Positions 1 to 14,556 of a stretch of DNA of 64,000 nt are shown here, in pieces; positions within the stretch are counted from its first letter, which is position 1, and the number at the start of each line of letters is the position of its first letter. Source of the stretch: Chrysomallon squamiferum (lineage: Eukaryota > Animalia > Mollusca); contig CM022665.1 in the NCBI GenBank assembly GCA_012295275.1, positions 20,088,001 through 20,152,000 of the forward strand, in the 5' to 3' direction. Under the pieces are notes generated by a model, which was not told the DNA's origin, did not search any database, and saw only the letters and a list, made by a program, of their open reading frames with translations. Made by a program: the position numbers and the translations under genes.

Positions 1-178
1 ACTTCTACTACAACTACAACCTCTTCTACTCTGCTACTACAACAGCAACATAAGACGACAGTCACTTCATGTAGCCGTTTCAAATTTTAATATCAGTAAA
101 TAAATAACTGAATACTATTTTTAATGTTGTTTTTAAAAAAAAATATATACACTTTTTAGTTTTGTTTCTCATTTTCAG

Positions 179-1497
179 GGACCCTGCTCGCTCAGGTACA
201 AGAGGAGGCAGACTGCGTGGTGGGTGACAAAACATACGCCCACGGTGAATCCTATACCGCAGACGACGGCTGCAATACCTGTACATGTTCAGATGGAGCG
301 GTGGCCTGTACGTTAATTGACTGTAGCAGTTTTCCAGTTACTGATACAAATAATGAACCAAACACTGATAATGAACCTGTTACCAATACTGATAATGAAC
401 CAGATACTAATACTGACAATGAACCAGATACTAATACTGACAATGAACCAGATACTAATACTGACAATGAACCAGATACCGATACTGATAATGAACCAGA
501 TACTAATACTGACAATGAACCAGATACTAATATTGACAATGAACCAGACACTAATACTGACAATGAACCAGATACTAATATTGACAATGAACCAGACACT
601 AATACTGGCAATGAACCAGATACTAATACTGACAATGAACCAGATACTAATACTGATAATGAACCAATTACCGATACTGACAATGCACCAGATACTAATA
701 CTGACCCAGATACCGATAATGAAACGACTGAAACAGGCGAGTGTACAGTTGGAGATAAAACACACAAGTCAGGTGAAGTGTTTTCTGCTGAGGATGGGTG
801 TAACCGATGTAGATGTATGCATGGAAAGACGAGGTGTACAACGTGGCCGTGGTGCATGTCTGATGAAGAGAAGCAGTGCACCGTGGGAAACAAAGTCTAT
901 CGTCACATGGAAGCAGTGAAAGCAGAAGACGGGTGTAACAGGTGTCGATGTCGTTTCGGTCGTTTCCGCTGTTCGCAGTGGCCGTGGTGTATGACAACAG
1001 AGCAGAAGTCGTGCACGGTGGGCGAGACGACGTACCCGTCTGGACAGATGTTTGTAGCTGACGATGGCTGCAACCGTTGCAGATGCATCATGGGAATGGT
1101 TGCGTGTTCAAAGAGACGCTGTCCGGAAAACTGCGTTGTCGGTGACGTTACTCACAAACACGGAGATGTCTTTGAAGCCGAGGATGGATGCAACCGTTGC
1201 AGATGTGCTTACGGCAACGTCGCCTGTACGAAGCGGGTGTGCGGAGCTAAGTGTGTTGTAGAGGGAGAGGAGTTTGACGACGGCGCCAACTTCGTGCACC
1301 CGGATGGTTGTAACAGGTGCAGATGCAGAGACGGCGTAGCTGCCTGCACAAAGATGTGGTGTAAACCACAAGAAAAGGAAGACTGCGTCGTTGACGGCAA
1401 GACGTACACACACGGTCAGACGTACCCCAGTACAGACGCGTGTAACACGTGTACTTGTTTGGACGGTATCCAGTCGTGTACTGAAATGTCTTGTTAA
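179..1497 (+). CDS. Terminal coding exon of a secreted cysteine-rich protein with 7 pacifastin/VWC-like six-Cys modules and an acidic DNEPDTNT repeat linker
   Basis: Polypyrimidine tract and ttcag acceptor end at 178. The phase-1 exon reads (G)TLLAQVQEA-DCVVGDK..., which looks like the end of a signal peptide. It contains seven C-x18-C-N-x-C-x-C-x2-G-x3-C-[TS]-x3-4-C modules, stop TAA at 1495-1497 and AATAAA at 1515. The 5' exon lies outside the window. Confidence 0.9.
340..722 (+). repeat. Coding 24-bp tandem repeat, about 15 copies, encoding DNEPDTNT
   Basis: The unit gacaatgaaccagatactaatact is repeated in frame inside the exon. Confidence 0.95.
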
Positions 1498-1514
1498 ACA
1501 CTATTTATTAAATT

Positions 1515-1520
1515 AATAAA
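1515..1520 (+). terminator. Polyadenylation signal AATAAA
   Basis: Lies 18 nt after the stop of the Cys-rich gene and is followed by T/GT-rich sequence. Confidence 0.6.
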
Positions 1521-1620
1521 TATATAACTGTTATTTACTTATTTGTCGCTAAGGTTTGAAAAATACTGTGAAAGGCAGTAGTAGTAGTAGTAATAATAAT
1601 ACCTATCTATCTATAAACAT

Positions 1621-1664
<44 letters not shown>

Positions 1665-1935
1665 GTCGATCTGTCTGTATGCATATCTTCTGTGTGTATA
1701 TGCCACATTAAGAAAATCTGATTTCTTTCTGCTAAGGTGGAACTATTTATTTCTTTGTAGAATAACTATATTTTAACTGCGTTGTATAATCAGCTGCCTT
1801 TGAACATACACACGTTCATTTAAACTGAGACGCTTACAAACACACGTACATACGCACAAATATAAACATATATAAAGAAACATACAAACAGAAAACATTA
1901 AATAGACCTAAAATAAAACATAATTTTGTAATACA

Positions 1936-1967
<32 letters not shown>

Positions 1968-2589
1968 AAAGAAAACAATTTATCTAATAAGATAATTATT
2001 ATTATAAGGACATCAACAACAAAAAGAAAAAAGAAGATACTGTGTTCATCAAAACTGCAATTTACTGGCTGTGTTTTGATTGGTTAGATTCAGAAAGAGG
2101 TCAAGCGTTACAGGCCAGTGTTTTCTTACGGGATTGACACGTAGTCATGTGACCCTATGTTTGCGCAGGTATTGAAGTATGTGATCTTCAGGTGTGGAAA
2201 TCCCATTTTATGTTTTTCTTTTAAATGCTGGGATGGTGAATAATAATGAGATGAGAGCGGAAAAAAAAAAAAAAACAACAACACATTCTACCAAACGCGT
2301 TATAATTATTTTAGACAATCTTTTTTCGCTTTAACGCTTGTAAGCAAGCACGCAGATTGAATAGAATATTTTTTAATAACTTAAACATTTAACTACGTAT
2401 AAAAACAGTACTCAAGACATCATAATGAAAGACGTAAAAATTTGTTTTAAATATATATATATATATATATATATAAATATTTTTTTTATTTTTTTTATTT
2501 AAAGTAAACAGCTGTACGTTCTGTTGTATTTAAATGTTTTGTGACGTTAGAGAAACGAAACTGTTAAAAATAAAAATAAATAAATAATA

Positions 2590-2632
<43 letters not shown>

Positions 2633-3203
2633 GTAATAATAACAATAATAATAACAATAATCAAAATCATAATAATCATAATGATAAATAATAAATAAAT
2701 TAAATTAAATTAAATTAAATTAAATTAAAATACAGCTACATTGTAACTTTAGACATGTTTTTAACAAAAATTTTTTGCTTGAGGTTTGTTTGACATTAAT
2801 TAAAAAAAAAAAAAAAAAAAAAGAAAAGTTCGGTTTCGTTTGAAAAACCACGTAGCTCTTTTTAAATTTTATGTTTTCTCGTAAGCAAAATTCAGAACTG
2901 AAATAACTGCTAGTAATAGTAACAGTAGTCGTGTTAGCAATAATAATACAATACTAATGGTAGTAGTAGTTATTCTTCTGGAAAAAATAACAACAATATC
3001 AACAACAACAACAACAACAGTAAAATTTGAATAATGATTCTGTTATTAACCAGTACGTCTTAATGACTGTATGAAAAATAAACTGTTTTTCAGTTGAACG
3101 AGTTTTTAATTTCGTATCTGTTTTAACATCTTAAACATAATATTTGGTTTAACATGACGTGGGTTGACTTAACGTAACAGAATAAACAACAGTAGACTGT
3201 ACC

Positions 3204-3204
<1 letters not shown>

Positions 3205-3299
<95 letters not shown>

Positions 3300-3408
3300 G
3301 TTACTATTATTATTATTATTATTATTGTTATTATTATTGTTACTATTATTATTATTATTATTATTATTGTTATTATTGTTACTATTATTATTATTATTAT
3401 TATTATCA
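3205..3408. repeat. (ATT)n microsatellite
   Basis: Directly visible; explains the poly-N and poly-I ORFs. Confidence 0.95.
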
Positions 3409-4772
3409 TTTTTTGTTACAGAAAGATATGACATTATGAAAACGGGAAGTATTTATTCTGTGACGTACATCTAGAGCACTGTACTACAGACACACCCTTC
3501 TTTAGTGCACTGTGTCATTTCCCATTCCAAGTGATATTTTAGTATTTTGGTTTTGATGATGTGTCAACTTAATGCTGTGTTTGTGTTTATGATGTTATTT
3601 TTATGTTAGTACTGTTTTAACAGAGTAAATGTTAGGACTGTGTCTATGTAAGTCATTTGTTATTTTATGTTAGTGGTCTGTTAATAGTGTTAGTTCTAGA
3701 TCTGTGTCAGTCTTATGTTTGTCATGTTCTGTTTTTAATGAGTAAATATTTTATTTCAATAAAATGTTATTTTTGTAATTGTTATGTATTATTTTATTTT
3801 TTTAAGTGCTAATGGTGTGAATATTATTTTTGTGTTTATATGTTATTTTTGCGATGTGTTAATTCTATAATATTACATGTTCCTCTAACACTGTATATTT
3901 GTCATTCAATGTGAAAAACTACTAATAATACGAAACACCATGTACTTATATTAATCATTACGACGTCATAAGTTGCGTAGTTTAGTCTGGTATGCGTCAC
4001 TCTTTGTGTTAGAATAGTACAGTCTGCTCTTTCTAACACACTAACAATGTAGAAATAATTAGAAAGATTTCATCTTTGTTAAAGTCGAACGTTCGCATGG
4101 AAACAGTTAATATGTGACCATCCTTCTTATCACATTTTACTTCCTGTACGATCTACGTATACTAATTTAATACCTTCCTTAAATCAATTTACAGTTACCT
4201 GAATAACAGATCTTTGTCCCTGTAACAAGATGAGACGAAAATGAGAGTGAGAGAGAGCGAAAACAATAACAACAACAGCAACAACAACAAAGAGAAAGGG
4301 ACACAACTACGCACACGCACACACACACACACACACACACACTAACATAGAGAGAAAGAGAGAGAGAGAGATACACAGAGAGAGAAACACAGAGAGAAAG
4401 ACAGATGGACGGAGAGACGGAGAAATAGGTTAACAGAAACAATGAGGGGTAAATACATGCATATTCAAGGCCTGTAACAGATAAAAACACAGATCGTGTG
4501 AAGTATGACACGAGGAAGTCCAGTCTACAACATTGTTACAGGACTTGAGTCTTACTTAACCACTGAAGCGTGACGCAGGTTTAACAGGCAGGTAACAACA
4601 GCTAGAAACGGGTAGTAAACAAACGAGTGTTTCAACTTTTACATCGACATCGTCTTCTGTCTGTTCATAACTCTTTCTGCAAACGTTTCTATATTTAGAA
4701 AAAAAAATCAGAGGAATTTGGTCAGAAACACTGTTTTGCAGGGTGTGAGAGTGTTAGAGGACTGTTTCAACT

Positions 4773-4948
4773 CAGCCAATCAGCTTGCAGACATCTTCCG
4801 GATTATGAGATCTAGGTCCGGGTAGGAAACGGGGGGATTAGTCTCTATCAAAAACCCATTTAAAATTAGAAAACTTCATCATTTTACAAGACAGACAGGA
4901 AACCACGTGGTTTGTTTCCTATATAAATGTGAAAGACGCTATATAAAA
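4773..4948 (+). promoter_or_regulatory. Candidate Pol II promoter: CCAAT box, E-box and two TATA boxes
   Basis: cagccaatcag at about 4773-4783, ccacgtgg at about 4903-4910, tatataaa at about 4920 and 4940. These precede a (CAA)n leader and gcaccATG at 5041. Confidence 0.45.
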
Positions 4949-5040
4949 CATTGCAAATTGAAACTACACTGACTAACTGCAGTGTACAATACTTCAGCTT
5001 CAACCTGTTCACGCAACAACAACAACAACAACCAAGCACC

Positions 5041-5517
5041 ATGTCTATCGTCATACCATTCTATGACACAGCTGTATGTCTGGAAAAACACACCGACCAC
5101 TGCAACGTGATAAATTTGCAGACAACAACATTGCTGACAGCGTGTGTTGGGACATCTACAACAGCATATCACGACGGCATTCAGAGTTTCCAATGTAAGA
5201 TTAATCTGGGTTTTTTAAAATTATTTCCTATTTCCTATTAATTATAAATTAATCATATATTTATTTATTTATTTATTTACATTGTTCATTGTTTATTTAT
5301 GATGTTTCAATTTTATTATTTATTATTATTATTTTTTTAACTTTTGTTTTGTTCTCATTTCTAGTTTCGAACGGAAATTATTTAAGAATTTAATATTTTA
5401 TCAACATAATTCAAACTCCACGTTTTACCATATTAGAAATTTGAAAAAACCTGTCTTGCTTAATAATATAAACTTTTTTTTGGTTCAGATTGCCATTTTG
5501 GACTTGACAAGCGTTGA
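5041..5517 (+). CDS. Putative small two-exon gene (60-aa ORF from ATG 5041, or 45-aa ORF from ATG 5076); product unknown
   Basis: Non-repetitive island with Kozak-like gcaccATG. Donor caat|gtaaga follows 5194 and acceptor ttttggttcag| precedes 5489. Both frames stay open across the junction, with stops at 5515-5517 and 5505-5507. Confidence 0.35.
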
Positions 5518-6097
5518 ACCCTTCACTACAGATAACTGAGGCACGGACACACATACACACAGACGATTTACTGTTTCTACACGTGATATGTGTTTTAAAA
5601 GCAAAATCAAATGAAAGAAAAATTTGAACAATTTAAATATAAATTCAGTGGAAGTCTACTGCGAAGAAAAATGATTTGTTTAAGAATCAAAGCGAACATT
5701 TAGGATTAACCTTTACCGTTGGTGTATGACAACAACGACACCAACATCAACAACAACTACCTCTGCGGCTACCACAATGCCGTGCGGTATTCCGCTATGT
5801 AACTTATTTCAGAGACTGCACAAAGAAGGTTATGTTAAAATAATCTTCCGTTGTCAGCAAAGTCCGGATTAGTCAGGTTGCTAGATGTGACAAATATTTG
5901 AAAATATTTAACTTTTATTTCTTAATTTTATCACGATGTTGTGGAATTGTTTTATTTGTTTATTTATTTATTGATTTAATCATTTATTTATTTATTTATT
6001 TAATCATTTATTTATTTATTTATTTATTTATTTATTTGTTTATTTATTTATTTAATCATTTATTTATTTATTTAATTATTTATTTATTTATTTATTT

Positions 6098-6138
<41 letters not shown>

Positions 6139-6144
6139 TTATTA

Positions 6145-6177
<33 letters not shown>

Positions 6178-6575
6178 TTCAACTATTAGTTTTACATTTT
6201 TTAATTTATTATATCCTTGAGTCAATCCGTCCGTCATTTCAACCATCCATCTATCCATCCATCTATTCATCCATCTATCCATCCATCCTTCCTTCCATCC
6301 ATCCATCTATCCATCCACCAATCTACTACACGGATGACTCACATTAAAGACAATCAGCATAACATGCAATCACGCAAAAATGCAATATAAATCATTATTT
6401 ATCTCCATAATTTATTTATTAAAAATATTTTATATTTATTGCTTTACAAGTGATATTTAAATTACTACGTCTACTCATTTTGTTCAGTATTGTATTATTT
6501 AAAAGGTTTTATGTTACAAATAAAAAGTTTCACTTTTGTTCCCTTGTTTTGTTGTTTTGTTGTAAATTAGCTTCG

Positions 6576-6609
<34 letters not shown>

Positions 6610-7517
6610 TATATTATATATATATATATATATTTTTTTTTAACTTTCTTCATATCTACCTAAATATCGGTCTATTTGTTTATCTACTTAACATATAATA
6701 ATAATAAAACACATAAAGCAAAAAACTAAACAAAAATTAAAAAAACAAAGAAAAAATACGAAAAAAAACTATGACTTAAAACAAAATATTTTTTAGTTAT
6801 AAATTCGTACATTTGTAATTACTTTGTTCTATTTTATCGAAATTTATCACAAATTATTTCTTCTGTCTCGAATATGTAAACTAATTCAATAGTTTAACTA
6901 TATCTCTGTCTCTTTCTCTCTTTCTGTCTTCTTGTCCTTTTCTCCCCTTCCTTTCATTCTCTCCCTGTCTTTCTTCCTCTTTTTTTTTTCCATCATGTGT
7001 TCATGTATGTATGTATTCATGCGTATATAAATGTCTATATGTGTATGTATGTGCTGACAAGCATGCGTGCGATAAAAACACATATAAAACAGTGTACATG
7101 TACTTAAATATGCTTTCCAAAAAAATGACTATTGACTATTGACCATATAACTTTTGGGAGGATACCCTATAGATACACACAAACATAAACACACACACAT
7201 AATGATACACACACAAAAACACGTTCACACATAATTTGAACACATGGACACGTATGAGGAAGATAGATCTACAGATATGGCCCCCACGTGAAAAGAAAAA
7301 GACCCCCCCTCCCCCCCAAAAAAAACACAAACAAAAAAACGAACAAACTCAAAAAAAAAAAAAAAAAAAAAAGTGCAAGAAAGAAAACAAACAACAACAA
7401 AGAAACAAACGAAAAAAAAAAAATAATAATAAAAAAAAATATTGAAAAAGACACATATACACAAACAAAACCTGAACTGATTACACCTGTAACGGGGAAG
7501 TGTTCCTCTCGCAAAAA

Positions 7518-7552
<35 letters not shown>

Positions 7553-7724
7553 TTTTCGTGATTTAGCGGTTTCTTTGTGGGAGGGGGTTTGACACAAAGT
7601 TTCTTTCTGTGTCTTTCACATCACTGGCTATATTCAATAGTCTGACAAAGTATTTAAATGGTCTTTATTATCAGGTATCAGGTTAGCTCACATGAGAGTT
7701 AACAGAGAAATAGGTATCATATCA

Positions 7725-7757
<33 letters not shown>

Positions 7758-8403
7758 TACAAACCGCTGTATTTAACGTTCCATTAAAATTAATACGTAT
7801 ATTTGACTTACAAGGATCCACAAATTCACAGACACATCTATGAATCACGTACGCAAAAGCTCATGCGTTTAATTTCAACAGCAGCCATATTTGTATTTTA
7901 TACACAGATAAAAGTGCATTAATAAATATTTACTTGAAGGCTCAGTTAATAAAAACAAAATAAACCATTCTGTTTAATACAGCTTTTTCAGTAGACTGCA
8001 ACAGCTTTCATTAGACAAGCACAACTTTCAATGGAGAAATACAAATATTTCAGTAGAGAAACGCTAATATTTCAAAAGAGCAACACAAATATTTTAACAA
8101 ACAAACATAAATATTTAAGTAAACACGCACAGTCATTTAAGTAAACAAACAAATTTGAAACCTCTATAACCAAGGCCATTGTTACCAAGTTGTATAAACA
8201 ATCAGATTTAACTGTAGTTGAATGACGTCAGTTTAATTATATTTCACTATGACGACGCAGATAAATAAAACAAAAATGATTAATTGACGTCATTAACGGG
8301 TGCAGCAATTCAGTGTTTATTATTGTATTAACTGATAACAGGGAATCATTATAGTCAAAATAATGTATGTCTAAACTGTGTCGTTTAATACTTTAAAATA
8401 TAC

Positions 8404-9424
<1,021 letters not shown>

Positions 9425-10489
9425 ATCAAATTAATTATTCGTGTCGCTGCAGAATCGTAATACGTCTCGGGTACCTCACCACTCAGCAATGCTTGAATTA
9501 TTGATCTGCCACATTCTAAATTTACACCATCGATTATATCGATCTATTTATTCAGTTAGTTCACACTGAGTGATATTAGTGAGAATATAACTAAATCTCG
9601 AAATGTTTTATTATTTTTTTATTACAGATTTTATTTTTCGAATCCTGTCTGTTTAAAGGTAGGTAATTAATTTTTTTGTTCATTGGTTAGATCTGTTTCA
9701 GAGAGATAAAGTAGAAATATTTGCAAAATACGTTAAACGTGACAGCAGCTGTAAAGAGTAGTAGAGGAAATCTTTACGAGTATATTAGTTGGTTGATATG
9801 TTTGTGTATTTGTCTGTTTGCTTTTTGTTTTGGATGGATCTGTACACAGTGTTACTGAACCAATTTCTGTATAAGTATTTTTTCTTAGTGCATGTAGGTT
9901 TCCTACTGTTTCTGTAGTTTCTCGCTATGTTTTTCGTTTCTTACAGTGTGTAGGTTTTCCCGTGTGTGTATGATTTTTAATGGGTGTTGGTTTCTTACTC
10001 CGTGTTAATGATTTACAGGTGTATGAGACAGATAGAAAGAAATCAATGTATGAAGTCATTATGTGCATATTTCTGTTCTCTTTTACACAACTAATGGAGC
10101 GTGACAGTTGATGGGTGTTTTGACACAAATCGATTGTGTGACGCACTGATGAACTCTGATTGAAAAACAACCTGAGAAGACGGACATGTGATTGATGTTG
10201 GTGTTTTCACCTGTAAAAAATAAAATAAATTAATAATTAAGTGAATGACCGGCTGGATGTGTGTTTGTCCTAATTTCAAACCTCTCCTATTAACTTGTAT
10301 GAGGAATGATGGTAATTAGTGCTTTTAAACACCCGTACATACACACCAGTGTGTCTGAGAAAAGAGAAGTCTCTTGTCATTTCAGTATGAACGACTGTCA
10401 ACGTGTAGTTTGTATACACAAACAAACACTGATATCGATCATTATCTTAGTGAACAAAAAAAGGACTCTTCTTCGTACCTTTTACTACT

Positions 10490-10566
10490 ACCACTGCCAC
10501 TACTTCTACTATCATACTACTACTACTACTACTGCTACTATTACTACTATACCTACTACCATTATA

Positions 10567-10606
<40 letters not shown>

Positions 10607-10994
10607 ATTCCACTACTACCACAATTACTATTACCACTACTACTGTTGCTAGTACTGCAACTACTATTACTTCCACTACTACCACCACTACCACTTCTAC
10701 TACTACTACCACTATGACTTCTGCAACTATTACTGCTACTACTTCTACTACTGCTGCTGCTGCTGCTACTACTACTACTACTACTACTACTACTCTATTA
10801 CTAGTACTACTACTACTGTCACTACTACTACTACTTTGTGTGTAGATTTCTTATTACTACTAACTACTACTTCTACTGCGACTACCACTACTACTATTGT
10901 AACTACTTCTGCTACTACTATTACTGCTAACATTATAACTACTACAACAGATACTACTGCTGCTGCTATCAATACTTCTATAACAACAACAACA

Positions 10995-11029
<35 letters not shown>

Positions 11030-11160
11030 TACTGTTACTACTACTAGTACAACTACTGTTCCTGCTACCATAACAACTGTTAGTGTTCCATTACCATTAC
11101 GTATTATACAACTACAACTGCTATTACTACAACAACAACAACAACAACTACTAGTACTAG
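10490..11160. repeat. Degenerate (TAC)n/(ACT)n microsatellite
   Basis: Directly visible; explains the poly-T, -Y, -L and -V ORFs. Confidence 0.9.
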
Positions 11161-11504
11161 AAGCAGTATACTTTAAATATATGTATGTAATTTATTATCG
11201 ACCAAATATTTGTCTGTCATTACGTTTTGGAGTTTTAAAACAACGCCTGTCTGCATCATTCAGGACTACAGGTCACCACACAGAACTCGTTATTGACATG
11301 TACATATATGTTGAAATAAAAAAAAAAAAAAACAAGCAATAAAACAACTACAACTGATTTTTATTCCTTGTTTTTACGTGCAACGATTTTGCAACGAGGA
11401 AGAATCATTAGCCTTCTTTTCACTAAATACATCCTCGCTGTATCTATTATTGCTATAATTTTTTTGTCATCCTCAGGTAACATTTAATTTTCCAGTGAAA
11501 ACAT

Positions 11505-11790
11505 ATTCATTATTGACATTACTCGCGTCAATGCAATATCTCCATGGTGATAACTTACTAGTTTTTATAATACAAAACTCCATTTAATTATTATTATTAT
11601 TAATTTTTTTTTTTTTTTTCTCTCTCTCGCTTCAGGATTAGCAACGCAGAACTGAATATAAAGCAAGTAATTTCTGCAGTTTATTAGTAAACTCTTCTTT
11701 TTTTTCTTTTCTTTTTTTCTACTCCCCGATTTCAGTCACTGTGGTGATCAATCACTGTGACGTAGAGGTCACGTGCAGGGAGGGGCGTCT
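11505..11790 (+). promoter_or_regulatory. Conserved upstream/promoter block of receptor copy A
   Basis: Contains tcattattga...ccatggtgataa (GATA site), TCAGTC (Inr-like, 11732), TGACGT (CRE half-site) and GTCACGTG (E-box). Related blocks recur upstream of C, E, G and H, and partially of B, D and F. Confidence 0.6.
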
Positions 11791-11856
11791 ATGAAAACTG
11801 AAAATCCCCTGGATCAGATTATTGTGGGATTCCGTGCAGTGCGACTGATTTCTGTC

Positions 11857-12354
11857 ATGTGTGATATTGATTTTAGAAACATGTATCTCCTCGTGTTCGT
11901 CTTGTGGGTTACCTGCTGTGTAAGCAGTGGTAAGTAAATTAATTTAATATTTTATTTACCTTACGACTGACACCATTCATAAATTACATATTCACATACT
12001 CTGTATGTTTAATCGTAACAATACACAACTATTATTTACTTGTCAAGTAAAGATAAAATTTTGTTTTAATAATAATCTTCATAAATGAACTTGTATTTTA
12101 TATATAATATTATATATAAAAAAAAAAAACAACCCACAAAACAAAACCAAAAAAAAAAAAAAAAAAAAAAAAACCCCAAAACCCCAAAACAAGAAAAAAA
12201 AAGAAGAAAAAAAAGAAAGCACCAAACAAAAAAAACAACAAAGTAAACAAAAAAAGAAAGAAAACAACCAAACATACATTCTGCTCTTAGTTTTCCTATT
12301 ATCATAACGAAACATACATTGTTTTATTTGTATATTTATATAGGTAAGTGGGTG

Positions 12355-12395
<41 letters not shown>

Positions 12396-12944
12396 TATTT
12401 TTTTTTTGAGAATATATAAACTGAACGTGAGAAACAAAATCAAAGAAGCTAACAGCGATAATTCTGAGAAAGTAAAAATTATATTTTCCAAGGTTAAATA
12501 AAAGTAGAGAAATACAGCTAAATTTGAATTAAAAAACAAAACTCACTTGTGTCGTTCACTCTAAAAAAGGAATAAACAGGTAGAAGTCAGAGGGTGGATA
12601 ATAATTAAAACAAATGAAATATAAAACCAGATTCTATGGTAAACTGTTTGCATATTAACATAGTTCGAATTTTGAAAGGACTTGTTTTATCTAACATTGC
12701 TTGCCCGTTGTGGCAAGACGCCGTTGTTGTTTGCATTCAACTTGACTATACCAATATTTTCTCGTTCGGGCTGTTTTCACGATGGTGATAAACACGTCTT
12801 TGTCAATATGTTTCGTTTCTATCACAAAGATATCACATGGATATTCTTAGACGGTAAATTCGGTGAAAGTCAACATAAATTAAATTTATAATCTGTATTA
12901 AAGGTGGAACCATGATTATTTTAATCAGGTGACATTTATTTACG

Positions 12945-12983
<39 letters not shown>

Positions 12984-14521
12984 GAAATTAAAAAGCTTAA
13001 TTTAGTCGACATTGTATCGGTTTTTTGTTGTTTCTCTTTTTTTTCTATAAAATATAAATTGTTTACAGAAGGATTTGCGTTATAAAATTAAGTAATAAAG
13101 TGTTTCCATGGTGACGGAAGTTATATTTTATTAGAGATTAACATTGCGAAGTGGTGGGGGGGCTATTGATTAAAGAGACGCATTGATTAAAACAAGAAAG
13201 TGAATTTGTATCACTGATGTTCTGACTGTTAAAACGTACTTACATACACACTTATAGAAACATTCACAGACACAGACGTATACGCACAGACAGACAAAGA
13301 TGTAAAAGGACACAGGCATTCACAGACTTACATATATCCTTTGAAAAAAAAGAAAAAAAAGAAGAAGAAAAACAATAAACAAACAACAAAAGAAAATGAA
13401 AAAAGCAACAACTGTAATAAGAAACAAACAAAACCAACCAAAACCAACAACAACAACAAAAACAACGCATAATACATACGATCACATTCACAGAAACTTT
13501 CAGACATAATCACAAAACATAAATTCATTTATTAACAAATATATAATGTGTCGTAAATGAATTACACACTAGTCATTTCTACTTTGAACGATAAAACGAT
13601 AATTTAATGTTCAATATTGATCAATTAATGAAACCGTCAACTTACATGAATATATATACAAAAATAAAAATAAAATTAATATTCTAACATAACATAAATG
13701 ATTAAATAAATAAAAATAAACAAAAACAAACAAACAAACGAAACAAACACATAAACAAATGAATAAACAGAAATAAACAAACACACAAACATTAAAAACA
13801 AACACATAAATAAATAAATAAATAAATATGTTTCTACTATTTCAGCTGTTGTATGTCCACCCAGTTCGTTTCAAGGTATGTATCACTTATTTCTCTAATA
13901 CTAGCTGACTATAAAATCATAGATTACAAATTTATGCATCATCTGGTTTCACATTGATACAAATGTGTTGCAGGCAAGAATTAGACACGATGATACCAGG
14001 GTAAACAATCTGTTAGAGTTTTACATAAAGTATACTACTACTACTGTTACTACTACTGAAACTACTACCAACCACTACTATCATAACCACAACCACTGTG
14101 ATTACTGTTACTACTACTACTACCACCACCACAACAACCACTCCCATTGCTGCTTCGACTAGTACCACTGCTACTATACTATTGTCACAACCAGAACAAC
14201 TAGTATTACTACTATTACTGCTACTGTTAACATTACGATTACTACAGTTGCAACTACAACTATTAGCACTGTCGCTACTACTACTACTATCACTACCACA
14301 ACTACTTCTACTACATTACGATACATACTACTACTACCACTACTATCACTACAACGTACCATAGATACTGTCACTAAAGTTCTAAACTCTGTATGAATGT
14401 CATGAGTAATCAAACTGAAAATGTTTAAATTGCTAACCTGTTAATCAAGGTCAACATCAGATCAGTGCACTCTTCACTTAGTGTCCTGGAATTCATTAGT
14501 CACATTCTACTTTGTCGCCTG

Positions 14522-14556
<35 letters not shown>

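Noticed and set aside
252-919. Alternative-frame and antisense ORFs over the 24-bp repeat
   Set aside because: By-products of a stop-free tandem repeat inside the real exon.
5041-5540. Thioredoxin-like reading obtained by stitching three frames
   Set aside because: It needs two unsupported frameshifts and lacks a CxxC motif.
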